46,770 nucleotides of DNA from Candidatus Woesearchaeota archaeon. Its GTDB lineage: Archaea > Nanobdellota > Nanobdellia > SCGC-AAA011-G17 > GW2011-AR20. Numbering within the stretch: the first letter of the stretch is position 1; each line of letters opens with the position of its first letter. The stretch lies in NCBI GenBank assembly GCA_964361505.1, contig CAYIAV010000001.1, forward strand, positions 1 to 46,770. The letters are read 5' to 3'. Below the pieces are notes generated by a model. It was not told where the DNA came from and did no database searches. It worked only from the letters and a program-made list of their open reading frames with translations. Shown piece by piece: positions 1 to 11,779 of this stretch. Position numbers and translations under genes: made by a program.

Positions 1-17
1 GTATCTAAATAGAAATC

Positions 18-25
18 TTTATATA
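18..25 (+). promoter_or_regulatory. TATA-box-like TTTATATA upstream of the DUF3467-like/grpE/dnaK operon
   Basis: tttatata lies at 18-25, a GAGGAGG Shine-Dalgarno at 83-89, and the ATG at 95. Confidence 0.35.
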
Positions 26-94
26 CTAGTTGGTTGTTTACTTTAAATCAACATAAACTCAATATTTAAGCTTTATTAAAAAGAGGAGGAAATT

Positions 95-436
95 ATGGCA
101 GAAAAACAAAATATCAATGTAAACTTGGACCATTCCAATTTAGTATTTTTTTCAGATGGTATTTCTTTGTTTAATAGGAGTGATAAATTTTTTGTGGATT
201 TTAGGCAGACAAGCCCAAGAATAGATGTTATAGGAGACAAGCAGCATCATACTCATGCAGTAAAACATAATACAATAGCTTTAGACCCAGTAATGGGAAA
301 GGCTTTACTTGAATTATTGAAGGACAGTGTTTCAAAATATGAAAAACAATTTGGCAAAATTAAGGTTCCTAAACAGAAATTTTTGAAAGAAGAACCTGTT
401 GAACAGATTTCAATAGACAAAAGCTACATAGGATAA
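95..436 (+). CDS. DUF3467-like small protein, first gene of the Hsp70 operon
   Basis: 113-aa ORF with a strong SD. FFVDFRQ and ALDPVMGKALLELLKDSVSKYEKQFGKI resemble my memory of the DUF3467 pattern. Its stop is 1 nt before the grpE ATG. Confidence 0.5.
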   Translation: MAEKQNINVNLDHSNLVFFSDGISLFNRSDKFFVDFRQTSPRIDVIGDKQHHTHAVKHNTIALDPVMGKALLELLKDSVSKYEKQFGKIKVPKQKFLKEEPVEQISIDKSYIG

Positions 437-437
437 A

Positions 438-956
438 ATGAAAAAAGAAAATTTTGAAGAAAATATCGAGCAAATTGCGGAAGAAAAACTAGAACCATCT
501 TTAGAGGAAAATACTGAGAAAGAAAAATCTCAGGAATATTTAGAAATGCTTCAGAGATTAAAAGCAGAATTTGAAAACTACATGAAGAGAAATGATGAAG
601 AAAAAAAAGAATTTGCCAAATATGCTAAGTATGATTTGATTTTGAAATTACTTAATGTAATGGACGACTTTGAGAGAGCCTTGCAAATTAAAAATGGAAA
701 TGAAGATTTTGTTAAAGGAACTGAAATGATTTTCAAGCAATTACAAAAAACTTTAGAGGAAGAAGGGATTAAGCCAATAAAATCACTAGGAGAAAAATTT
801 GACCCTTACAAGCATGATGTTATTGGAAGAGTAGAACATGATGAACATGAGGATATAATTGTTGAAGAAATTAAAAGAGGGTACATGTTAAAAGATAAAA
901 TTTTGAGACCTAGCTTGGTAAAGACAAGCAGGCTCAAGGAGGATAAAAATGAGTAA
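438..956 (+). CDS. grpE: GrpE nucleotide exchange factor
   Basis: 172 aa. The coiled-coil N-terminus is followed by [20 protein letters not shown] and [15 protein letters not shown], all typical of GrpE. It overlaps the dnaK start by 8 nt. Confidence 0.9.
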   Translation: MKKENFEENIEQIAEEKLEPSLEENTEKEKSQEYLEMLQRLKAEFENYMKRNDEEKKEFAKYAKYDLILKLLNVMDDFERALQIKNGNEDFVKGTEMIFKQLQKTLEEEGIKPIKSLGEKFDPYKHDVIGRVEHDEHEDIIVEEIKRGYMLKDKILRPSLVKTSRLKEDKNE

Positions 957-2784
957 GATAATTGGAATAGATTTAGGTACCAGTAATTCAGCTGCTTCTG
1001 TATTACAAGGAGGAAGACCTGTTATGGTACCAAGCAGTGAAGGAGCTTCATTATATGGAAAAGCATTTCCTTCAGTTGTTGCTTTTACTAAAGATGGAAA
1101 AATGTTTGTTGGGGAACCAGCGAGGAGACAAGCTGTTAGCAATCCCGAAGGAACAATAATGGCTGCTAAGAGAAAGATGGGCTCTAATTTTAAATATGAT
1201 ATTAATGGTAAAGATTATACACCACAGCAAATTTCTTCTTTCATTTTACAAAAGATTAAAAGAGATGCTGAAGCTTTTTTAGGGGATAAAGTTGAAAAGG
1301 CAGTGATTACTGTTCCTGCGTATTTTGATGATGATCAGAGACAGGCTACTAAAGATGCAGGGACTATTGCAGGTTTAGAAGTTGTTAGGATTGTGAATGA
1401 GCCTACTGCTGCTTCTTTAGCTTATGGATTAGACAAGAAGAATCAAGATGCTAAAATTCTAGTATTTGATTTAGGCGGTGGAACCTTAGATGTAACTATA
1501 ATGGAATTTGGTGGAGGAGTATTTGAGGTTAAATCTACTTCTGGAGACACGAGCTTAGGTGGAACTGATATGGATCAAACAGTAATGAACTTTATTATTA
1601 AAGAATTTGAAAAAGAATCGAGTGTTGATTTAAGTGATGATGCAACTGCTTTACAAAGAATCAGAGAAGCTGCTGAGAAAGCAAAAATAGAACTGTCAAA
1701 TGTTGTAGAAACAGACATTAACCTGCCTTTCATAACTGCAACCGATAAAGGGCCTAAACATTTGACTATGAAACTAACAAGAGCGCAGCTAGAGAAATTA
1801 ATTGATCCTTTAGTGCAGAGATGCAAGAAACCAGTTGAGCAGGCTTTGAAAGATGCAGGATTAAAGAAAGAAGGTATAGATGATATTATACTAGTTGGCG
1901 GACCAACAAGAATGCCTGTGATTAGACAATTTATTGAAAATTTATTAAATAGAAAAGCTATTGGTGGGGTTGATCCAATGGAGTGTGTTGCTGTAGGGGC
2001 ATCTATACAGGCAGGAGTTTTAGCCGGAGATGTAAAAGATGTCTTGTTGCTAGATGTTACACCATTAACTTTAGGTATTGAGACTTTAGGAGGTATTAGA
2101 ACTCCTTTAATTCAGAGAAACACTACAATACCTACTAAGAGAGCACAGATTTTTTCTACTGCTGCAGATAATCAGCCTAGTGTTGAGATTAATGTTTTGC
2201 AGGGAGAACGAGAAATGGCCTTAGATAATAAAAGCCTGGGAAGATTTATTTTAACAGGAATACCTCCTGCTCCAAGAGGGATACCTCAAGTAGAGGTTAC
2301 TTTTGATATTGATGCGAATGGGATTATCAGTGTTTCTGCTAAGGATTTAGGAACTAAAAAAGAACAGAGCATCAAGATTTCAGGGAGCTTAAAATTAGAT
2401 GAAAAGGAAATTGAAAGAATGAGAAAAGAAGCTGAAGAATTTGCTGAGGAAGATAAAAAAAGAAAAGATTTAATTGAAATAAAAAATCAAGCAGATTCTG
2501 TTATTTATTCAACTGAACAAATGCTAAGCGAATATGGTGAAAAAGTTGACAAAGAAACTAGGGAAAAAGTTCAAAAAGAATTAAATGAAATTAAGGAATC
2601 TATAAAAACAGATGATGCAACAAAAATTAAAAAAAAGCTGGAAGAGGCTAATAAAGTTATTCAGGAAATAGGGATGAAGATGTATCAGGAAGCAGCAAAG
2701 ACTTCCCAAGAGATAAAGGAAGACAAAAAAGAAGACGGAACTATTGATGCGGAGATTGTAGATGATGAAGAAAAGAAAAAGTAG
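949..2784 (+). CDS. dnaK: Hsp70 chaperone DnaK
   Basis: 611 aa with [29 protein letters not shown] and [15 protein letters not shown] signatures. Confidence 0.97.
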   Translation: MSKIIGIDLGTSNSAASVLQGGRPVMVPSSEGASLYGKAFPSVVAFTKDGKMFVGEPARRQAVSNPEGTIMAAKRKMGSNFKYDINGKDYTPQQISSFILQKIKRDAEAFLGDKVEKAVITVPAYFDDDQRQATKDAGTIAGLEVVRIVNEPTAASLAYGLDKKNQDAKILVFDLGGGTLDVTIMEFGGGVFEVKSTSGDTSLGGTDMDQTVMNFIIKEFEKESSVDLSDDATALQRIREAAEKAKIELSNVVETDINLPFITATDKGPKHLTMKLTRAQLEKLIDPLVQRCKKPVEQALKDAGLKKEGIDDIILVGGPTRMPVIRQFIENLLNRKAIGGVDPMECVAVGASIQAGVLAGDVKDVLLLDVTPLTLGIETLGGIRTPLIQRNTTIPTKRAQIFSTAADNQPSVEINVLQGEREMALDNKSLGRFILTGIPPAPRGIPQVEVTFDIDANGIISVSAKDLGTKKEQSIKISGSLKLDEKEIERMRKEAEEFAEEDKKRKDLIEIKNQADSVIYSTEQMLSEYGEKVDKETREKVQKELNEIKESIKTDDATKIKKKLEEANKVIQEIGMKMYQEAAKTSQEIKEDKKEDGTIDAEIVDDEEKKK

Positions 2785-2991
2785 ATATTTAGAGAATAAG
2801 AAAAGCCCTATAATTGGATTGGAGAGTCTTTTTTACATAGCAGTGAAAAAGGAGATTAACCATTACAATTGATAAAATACTTTCATGGAAAGCTTAATAG
2901 CGGTTTATCTGAATCGGAGCCGAAAGAATATTTGCATTCCACTTTTATACTCAAGATGGTTACACAAATTAAATTTCAATAAATAACTGAT

Positions 2992-4092
2992 ATGACAAAA
3001 AGAGATTACTATGAAATTTTAGAAATAAAAAAGAATTCTAGTAAAGAGGAAATTAAAAAAGCCTATAAAAAATTAGCATTAGAATATCATCCAGATAAGG
3101 GAGGAGATGCTGAAAAGTTTAAAGAAATTTCTGAAGCCTATGCTGTTTTGAATGATGATACTAAGAGACAGCAGTATGACCAATTTGGGCATGCTGGATT
3201 TGATCAAAGATACAGCCAGGAAGATATTTTCAGAAATGTCAATTTTGATGATATTTTTAATGAAGTATTTGGAAGAAGGGGGGATAATATTTTTGATATG
3301 TTTTTTGGAGGAGGAAACAGAGAAAGAAAGGGAAATGACTTAAGATATGATTTAGAAATAAGCTTTGAAGAATCTGTTTTTGGCATTGAAAAGAAAATAA
3401 AGATTCCAAGACTTATTAATTGCACTCATTGTGATGGGACTGGTGCTGATAAGGGTCAGTTAATAAAGTGTGGGCATTGCAATGGAACGGGGCAAACTAG
3501 AAAGACAACAAGAACTCCTTTTGGTATTTTTAGTCATGTGGCTAGTTGCAGAGAATGCGATGGATATGGCGAGATTGCCAAATCCAAATGCAAAGAATGC
3601 AGCGGTACTGGGTTAATAGAAGATGACAAAATTTTAACTATTAAGATTCCTGCTGGCGTTGAAAACGGCAATAGAATAAGAATTTCAAATGCAGGAGAAG
3701 CAATTAAAAATGGAAGATCGGGAGATCTTTATATTTATTTAACAGTTAAACCCCATGAAATTTTTGAGAGAAAAGGAAGTGATATTTATTTGCAAATGCC
3801 TTTAAGCTTTAGCCAGGCTGCCTTAGGAGATGAGATTAAAATTCCAACCTTAAAAGGAAGTGTCAAGATGAATATTCCTGTTGGAACTCAAACAGGAACT
3901 ACTTTTAGACTTAAAGGAAAAGGAATTGAAACCTCAAGAGAACAAGGAGACCAGTATGTCCAAATATTAGTTAAAACTCCTACTAAACTTAATGCAAAGC
4001 AAAAGAAATTGTTAAAAGAATTTGCTGCAGAAAATAAAGAAACATTGAAAATAGAAAAAGGATTTTTTGAAAAAATTATTGAAGGATTTTAG
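2992..4092 (+). CDS. dnaJ: Hsp40 co-chaperone DnaJ
   Basis: The J domain reads DYYEIL...YHPDK. There is a G/F-rich linker and four CxxCxGxG zinc motifs (CTHCDGTG, CGHCNGTG, CRECDGYG, CKECSGTG). Confidence 0.95.
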   Translation: MTKRDYYEILEIKKNSSKEEIKKAYKKLALEYHPDKGGDAEKFKEISEAYAVLNDDTKRQQYDQFGHAGFDQRYSQEDIFRNVNFDDIFNEVFGRRGDNIFDMFFGGGNRERKGNDLRYDLEISFEESVFGIEKKIKIPRLINCTHCDGTGADKGQLIKCGHCNGTGQTRKTTRTPFGIFSHVASCRECDGYGEIAKSKCKECSGTGLIEDDKILTIKIPAGVENGNRIRISNAGEAIKNGRSGDLYIYLTVKPHEIFERKGSDIYLQMPLSFSQAALGDEIKIPTLKGSVKMNIPVGTQTGTTFRLKGKGIETSREQGDQYVQILVKTPTKLNAKQKKLLKEFAAENKETLKIEKGFFEKIIEGF

Positions 4093-4238
4093 GATTCTTC
4101 TCCTCCTTCATAACCCTCCATGAATCCAGCTTCCCAGTCTTCTATTTCATCATCATTCAATTGAGATTCTCTGCCTTCTTCAGTGTAAACATCTTCTTGT
4201 TGTATTAGCTCATCTTCATAATTTTTCTTTCTTTTCAT
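4089..4238 (-). CDS. Unannotated small acidic protein (49 aa), hypothetical
   Basis: I translated MKRKKNYEDELIQQEDVYTEEGRESQLNDDEIEDWEAGFMEGYEGGEES by hand. A GGTGAT SD (plus-strand 4244-4249) lies 5 nt before the ATG, with TATA-like gtatatatag further upstream. The stop overlaps the dnaJ stop convergently. Confidence 0.3.
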   Translation of the reverse strand: MKRKKNYEDELIQQEDVYTEEGRESQLNDDEIEDWEAGFMEGYEGGEES

Positions 4239-4314
4239 GTAACATCACCTATTTTTTTCCACAATCGTTAACTATATATACTTAACCTATATATTAGATA
4301 TAAAGGTATATACT

Positions 4315-5268
4315 ATGGAAAAATTTAGAAAAATTATCAAATTTGGGACTTCCTCTTTTGTTTTATCTTTACCTATTGACTGGACTAAAAAAAATAATCT
4401 TGGGAAGGGAGATCTTGTATCTATTTCTGAAAATGTCAACAATGAACTGGTCTTGAGTGTCCCCTCTAAGGATAGGTCTACACAAAGAAGGGAGATTGGT
4501 ATTAATACTGAGAATAAGGATTTAACCAGAATTAAAAGAGAAATTGTTTCTGCTTACATTAATAGCTATGGTATTATAAAACTTAGAGGAAAACTTTCTG
4601 AAAATCTTGTTGAGGAAACTAAAAAAATAATCAAGGGATTAACTGCTTTAGAGATTGTAGAACAAAATCATGATTCTTTAATTGCAAAGGATTTTCTTGA
4701 TATAGGGGAAATAACCTTTCAAGAGATATTAAGAAAAATGGACACTATTACAAGATCTATGATTATTGACTTGAAAAATGTATCTAAAGAAAATATATCT
4801 CAAATTATCATTGACAGAGATGAAGAAGTGAACAGAATGGTTTATCTGATTATAAGAACTATGAAGTTTACATTAGACACTCCGAGTTTATCTCATAAAG
4901 AAAACAGAGTCAGTATGGGGAATGTTTTGAATATATGGGATGTTGCATTAACTGTTGAGGGCATTGCAGATGATGTTAAAAGAACAGCAAGGGAATTCTC
5001 AAGAATGAAAGCTTCCTTGCATATTAGGAAAGAATTGATAAATATTCTAGAAGAAATTGAAACTTTTTATTGGGACAGCATGAAAGCGTATTACACCAAG
5101 GATGTAGAACTGGCCTTTAAGCTTTCTTTAAACAAATCAAGTCTTTCTAAGAAGTGTAATGGCTTACATGAAGAATTGTGGAATATCAAATATGCTCCTG
5201 TTATTCTAGAAAATTTTAAAAGTATAATCTCTTCAATCCATAACATTGGAAGGAGAGTTTATAGTTAA
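4315..5268 (+). CDS. AbrB/SpoVT-domain plus PhoU-domain regulator (archaeal PhoU-like)
   Basis: The N-terminal KFGTSSFVLSLPIDWTKKNNLGKGDLV swapped-hairpin motif is followed by a helical PhoU-like repeat region (EEVNRMVYLIIR..., VEGIADDVKR). Confidence 0.7.
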   Translation: MEKFRKIIKFGTSSFVLSLPIDWTKKNNLGKGDLVSISENVNNELVLSVPSKDRSTQRREIGINTENKDLTRIKREIVSAYINSYGIIKLRGKLSENLVEETKKIIKGLTALEIVEQNHDSLIAKDFLDIGEITFQEILRKMDTITRSMIIDLKNVSKENISQIIIDRDEEVNRMVYLIIRTMKFTLDTPSLSHKENRVSMGNVLNIWDVALTVEGIADDVKRTAREFSRMKASLHIRKELINILEEIETFYWDSMKAYYTKDVELAFKLSLNKSSLSKKCNGLHEELWNIKYAPVILENFKSIISSIHNIGRRVYS

Positions 5269-5319
5269 ACCAAACGTTTTTAAACATTTTTATATGAATA
5301 CTTAAGTAAGGTCCTTAAA

Positions 5320-6747
5320 ATGACTAATACTTCTTTTGCTTTAGGAGAAAGTAATCATTTAGATACTTTAAGTTCTACTAGTTATCCTTATCTGCCTGAT
5401 ATTCAATATTACCACGGAGTTCTATCTAATGAACAAAACAGGAAAGAGATTGCCTCTAGGTATGATATAGACTTTGAAGATTTGACTAGTGTAGAATATA
5501 GCAACCTTTCTTTTGTCGGACTTTTGAATCGAACTAGACTTTATAGGGTTACTTTTAGAGATTTTGAAAAAAGAAATTTGCCTCTTGAATTATTGCTTAA
5601 AGTTGCACATCTTGGATTTAGGACTACGGATATTTCGAGAAGACATCATGTTGAATTGGGAGAATCTATGATGTACCAGCATGATCAAATTCGATTTTGG
5701 AATGCTGCAAGTTTGCCTGCTCCTCTTGTTTTTGATTTAAACTGTGTAGATCATCAAGGCGTTGTTCATTATTATCTTGCTATGGAATTTTGGGATGGCA
5801 ATACTCATGATTTAAATGTTCTTGCGCTAAACCAGTATGCAAGGAATACTTCTCAAGATAAAAAGAACCAACAACTCTTTGTAGACTCAGAGAAAGATAA
5901 TATTGTTACATCGAGTTTAGGGGCTATGAGGAAGTTTCATGTTATTGGAACTAAAGAAGCAAGGACTAAAGGAATGCATGTGTTTGTTCCTGAAGATTTG
6001 AACCGGTATTTCATTGAAGACAGGGGCAGGCTCTATTTTGAGAGGTATCTAAAATTAAAATCAGCTCAAGGTATGGGTCTTAATGGAGTTGAAGAAACTT
6101 TAAACTCTTTTTGTCGTATTTTGCTTCCTATTCTTGAACCTCTCTTTGATACTCAAAGAAATCTTTATTCTCAAGGAGATGAGTACCTGCATCATTTCCA
6201 GTATAGACAGTCTAGTAATGGCCATAAACTAACTGGGATTTTTGATTCAGACCACGTAATGATGATGAGACCAGAATATTCTTTTGCGAAACTACTAACG
6301 TCACATCTTTTAGATTTAGACTTTAATAATGAACTAACATATGTGGAATCTACATTTTTTTCACCAAATGCTCCTCAAGGTGAAAGATACAACAGACTTA
6401 TTTCTGGAAAAGATGTAATAAGAGATTATATACTGATTTCACTAGCTACTAGGCTGTTTGACATAGGAAAAAGAGCGTCTCATGCTTTACGTGAAGATTA
6501 TATAAATACAAGAATTGTTACAGGTGTAACTTTTAAGCCCCATAAGATTGAATTTCCTTTAAAGGAGTATGTTCCTCCTTCTGTTAAATATCCTAGTGTT
6601 AAGGATTCTATTGCTGTACAGACTAGGGCTCTTCAGGATAGATTGACTATGATAGAAAGAGGGGAATTTAATGATATACTGCATCCACAAGACAGAGAAA
6701 ACATTAAAGGATTACAGCAATTTTTAATTAGGAATAATCTTCTATAA
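5320..6747 (+). CDS. Hypothetical 475-aa protein, possibly a divergent APH/choline-kinase-like fold
   Basis: Long ORF with TATA-like ttttatat about 26-33 nt upstream of the ATG. YLAMEFWDG (hinge-like) and QGDEYLHH...GIFDSDHV (catalytic-loop and DFD-like) give only weak resemblance. Confidence 0.6.
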   Translation: MTNTSFALGESNHLDTLSSTSYPYLPDIQYYHGVLSNEQNRKEIASRYDIDFEDLTSVEYSNLSFVGLLNRTRLYRVTFRDFEKRNLPLELLLKVAHLGFRTTDISRRHHVELGESMMYQHDQIRFWNAASLPAPLVFDLNCVDHQGVVHYYLAMEFWDGNTHDLNVLALNQYARNTSQDKKNQQLFVDSEKDNIVTSSLGAMRKFHVIGTKEARTKGMHVFVPEDLNRYFIEDRGRLYFERYLKLKSAQGMGLNGVEETLNSFCRILLPILEPLFDTQRNLYSQGDEYLHHFQYRQSSNGHKLTGIFDSDHVMMMRPEYSFAKLLTSHLLDLDFNNELTYVESTFFSPNAPQGERYNRLISGKDVIRDYILISLATRLFDIGKRASHALREDYINTRIVTGVTFKPHKIEFPLKEYVPPSVKYPSVKDSIAVQTRALQDRLTMIERGEFNDILHPQDRENIKGLQQFLIRNNLL

Positions 6748-6780
6748 TTTTACTACTTATTAATAACTAAAATAAAAAAG

Positions 6781-6788
6781 TTTATAAA
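6781..6788 (+). promoter_or_regulatory. TTTATAAA TATA box with an A-rich BRE upstream of aIF5B
   Basis: The sequence aaaaaagTTTATAAAcc lies here. A second TATA-like cttaaaaat at 6820-6828 sits about 27 nt before the ATG at 6854. Confidence 0.35.
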
Positions 6789-6853
6789 CCAGCATTTCTT
6801 TATTTTTTTAACAGAAGCCTTAAAAATGAAAATAGGAATATTCTTTCAGGAAC

Positions 6854-8569
6854 ATGATGCAAACAAGATCTCTAATATGTCTACTCACAGGACATGTAGA
6901 CCACGGAAAGTCTCAGATAATCGAGACTATATCAAAAAAGAGAATTTTAGATAAGGAAGCTGGAAGAATAACTCAGAAAATAAGCGCTGTTAAGGTTGAT
7001 ATTAAAGATATTAATTCTTTAGCAGGGGGAATGTTAAAAAATTTAAAAACAAAGATTAAGATACCTGGGTTTTTATTTATTGATAGTCCAGGACATGCTG
7101 CTTTTACAAACTTAAGAAAAAGAGGAGGAAATTTAGCTGATATTGCTATATTGGTTATTGATGTAAATGAAGGTATTTTAACTCAAACTCAGGAAGCTAT
7201 TGAAATCTTAAAAAAATGCAAAACCCCTTTTATAATTGCCTTGAATAAAATTGATTTAGTAACAGGATGGAGGCAAAATCCTGGAAAGGATATTTTAACC
7301 AATATTAACTCTCAGTCAGAAAATGTTAGAAATCACTTAGATACCCAATTGTATACTGTTGTTGGAAAATTATACGAGCTCGGATTTAATGCTGAAAGAT
7401 TTGATAGGGTAAATGATTATACCAAACAAATAGCCATAGTTCCTATATCTGCTAAGACAACTGAAGGTTTACAGGAATTATTGGCTGTTTTAGTAGGACT
7501 GGCTCAAAAGTATTTAGAAAATGAGCTTAATGTTGAGCTTTCTAAGGGGGGAAAAGGTGTTGTTTTAGAAGTGAGAGAAGATAAGGGTTTAGGAACTGTT
7601 TTGGATGTTGTTTTGTATGATGGAAAAATTGCTGTTAATGATGAATTTGTTATCGGTGGAATAGATGAACCTATTGTCAGCAGAGTAAGAAATATTTTTG
7701 AAATGAAAAAACCAGTTGAGCAAATTGAAGCAGCTGCAAATATTACTTTAATAGCCCCAAATGTTGAAGAAGTTTGTGCTGGAATGCCTTTAGCTGTTGT
7801 TGATAAATCGAGTGATTTGGCTAAATTAAAAAAAGAAGTTCAGGCACAAGTTGAAGAAGTTATTATTGAAACTGGAAAAGAAGGCATTGTTGTTAAAGCA
7901 GACAGTTTAGGAAGCTTGGAAGCTTTAGTTTGCTTACTCAAAGACAGAAAAATTCCTATTAAGAGAGCGAATGTTGGAGAAATATGCAAGAGGGATATTG
8001 CCGAAGCTGAGGCGCAAAAAGATGAGATTAATCAAGTAATTGTTGGATTTAATATCAAAGACACTAAAGAAAATGTTCAGGTTATAACTTCTGATGTGAT
8101 ATATACAATTATTGAGAAATTTGAGAAGTGGAGAGAACACACTAAAAAAGATTTGGAATCTAAGAAATTAGATAAACTGACAAGGCCTTGTAAAATTTAT
8201 ATCATACCTAGTTTTGTTTTTAGACAAAGCAATCCTGCTGTTGTTGGTGTTGAAATCCTTAGCGGGACTTTAAAGACGACTATTCCCTTAATGAATGGAT
8301 CTGGAAAAAGAATAACTGAGGTTAAAAGCATCCAAGAAGAAGGGAAAAATGTTCAAGAAGTTTGTAAGGGTAAGCAAGTTGCTATTTCTTTGCCCGGAGT
8401 TATAGTTGGAAGGCAAATTATTGAAGGGCAAGTTTTAGTTTCTGATCTTAATGAAGAAGAGTTTAGGAAATTAAAAGAGATGAAAACTTTTTTGACTCAA
8501 GATGAAATTGAATTATTAAAAGAGATTGCTGAATCTAAAAGGAAGAATAATCCTATGTGGGGAGTTTAA
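6854..8569 (+). CDS. infB: Translation initiation factor aIF5B (IF2-type GTPase)
   Basis: G motifs [13 protein letters not shown] and NKID are present, together with the aIF5B domain order and size (571 aa). Confidence 0.9.
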   Translation: MMQTRSLICLLTGHVDHGKSQIIETISKKRILDKEAGRITQKISAVKVDIKDINSLAGGMLKNLKTKIKIPGFLFIDSPGHAAFTNLRKRGGNLADIAILVIDVNEGILTQTQEAIEILKKCKTPFIIALNKIDLVTGWRQNPGKDILTNINSQSENVRNHLDTQLYTVVGKLYELGFNAERFDRVNDYTKQIAIVPISAKTTEGLQELLAVLVGLAQKYLENELNVELSKGGKGVVLEVREDKGLGTVLDVVLYDGKIAVNDEFVIGGIDEPIVSRVRNIFEMKKPVEQIEAAANITLIAPNVEEVCAGMPLAVVDKSSDLAKLKKEVQAQVEEVIIETGKEGIVVKADSLGSLEALVCLLKDRKIPIKRANVGEICKRDIAEAEAQKDEINQVIVGFNIKDTKENVQVITSDVIYTIIEKFEKWREHTKKDLESKKLDKLTRPCKIYIIPSFVFRQSNPAVVGVEILSGTLKTTIPLMNGSGKRITEVKSIQEEGKNVQEVCKGKQVAISLPGVIVGRQIIEGQVLVSDLNEEEFRKLKEMKTFLTQDEIELLKEIAESKRKNNPMWGV

Positions 8570-8604
8570 GAAAACTTTAAAAAGGGTTTTTATTAAGAGA
8601 AGAT

Positions 8605-9039
8605 ATGGCTGAATTTAAGATTGTAGTTGGAAACAAAGGAAAAAGCTATAGCAAGGCATTAAATGAGAATGAAAGTTCTACTTTTTTAAATAAAAAAATG
8701 GGTGAAAAAATTGAAGGTGGGCAATTTGGATTTTATGGATATGAAATGGAGATAACTGGTGGAAGTGATAAAGCTGGATTTCCTATGAGACATGATTTAT
8801 CCGGTCTTCATAGAAAAAAGATTCTTTCTGTTACAGGACAAGGACTTAATGTTAAGGGAAGGGGTATTAGAAAAAGAAAAACTGTTGTCGGTAATACTAT
8901 AGGATTACATATCGCTCAGGTTAATTTAAAAGTTCTTAAAGAAGGTAAAGATAGCTTAGCTAAAATTCTTGGTAAGGAAGAGAAAGTTGAAGCTAAAAAT
9001 GAAGAGAAAATTGAAATAAAAAAAGAGACTAATTCTTAA
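8605..9039 (+). CDS. rps6e: 30S ribosomal protein S6e
   Basis: ITGGSDKAGFPMR and KRKTVVGNTI match the S6e signature. TATA-like ctttaaaaag lies about 25 nt upstream. Confidence 0.9.
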   Translation: MAEFKIVVGNKGKSYSKALNENESSTFLNKKMGEKIEGGQFGFYGYEMEITGGSDKAGFPMRHDLSGLHRKKILSVTGQGLNVKGRGIRKRKTVVGNTIGLHIAQVNLKVLKEGKDSLAKILGKEEKVEAKNEEKIEIKKETNS

Positions 9040-9200
9040 ATCAAAGGTATTATAAATTTAAAATCAAAGCTCATTTTAACCTTCTTTTTTACCTTTAAAA
9101 TTTTACTTAATTTCTTTATAAATCTTTCCTCATTTAAAAAATTTTTTGGCCTTTACAAGCCTTAATCCCTTTGAATTTGGGTATTTTAGCTTGGGAAAAG

Positions 9201-9208
9201 TATATAAA
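9201..9208 (+). promoter_or_regulatory. TATA-like tatataaa with a gaaaag BRE in the long spacer upstream of gyrB
   Basis: The sequence gggaaaagTATATAAAgtt sits 72 nt before the 9280 mini-ORF and about 280 nt before the gyrB ATG. Confidence 0.3.
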
Positions 9209-9279
9209 GTTAGAGCCTGTTTTTTTATTAAAAAAGGTGAAAAATTCGACCTAAAAAACTTCTTTTTAGGATTTTAATA

Positions 9280-9423
9280 ATGGAACAAAAAACTAGTTAT
9301 GGGGCTGAAAGCATTCAGGTATTAAATGATTTGGCTAAGGCTAGAAAATTGTATAATTTCAAAGACTTAAGAAGCAAAGTAAAGAAAAGAGGAGATTTAA
9401 ACAAAATGACAGTAAAAAATTAA
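9280..9423 (+). pseudogene. 47-codon ORF resembling a GyrB N-terminus (relic or leader ORF)
   Basis: Hand translation gives MEQKTSYGAESIQVLNDLAKARKLYNF.... This compares with the bacterial GyrB N-terminal consensus YGAxxIQVLEGLEAVRKRPGMYIG. Similarity is lost after about 25 aa. Confidence 0.35.
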
Positions 9424-9459
9424 TTGAAATTGTTAAACCTTACATTCCTACTTGTATGA

Positions 9460-11771
<2,312 letters not shown>

Positions 11772-11779
<8 letters not shown>

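Noticed and set aside
888-1826. ORFs 888-1142(-) and 1575-1826(-) lie antisense to grpE/dnaK.
   Set aside because: They sit entirely inside the strongly supported dnaK reading frame. Their composition is low-complexity Ser/Leu/Phe-rich, as expected for the shadow of an AT-rich coding strand.
2785-2991. A 33-codon ORF (atggaaagc...) and a short cgg/ccg hairpin lie in the dnaK-dnaJ spacer.
   Set aside because: There is no SD or TATA at an appropriate distance. The stem is only 4 bp, and nothing supports a gene or an RNA.
3152-3425. ORFs 3152-3343(+) and 3204-3425(-) lie inside dnaJ.
   Set aside because: They are alternative-frame or antisense shadows of a gene with unmistakable J-domain and zinc-finger motifs.
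7934-8140. ORF 7934-8140(-) lies antisense to aIF5B.
   Set aside because: It is a shadow ORF inside a conserved GTPase gene.
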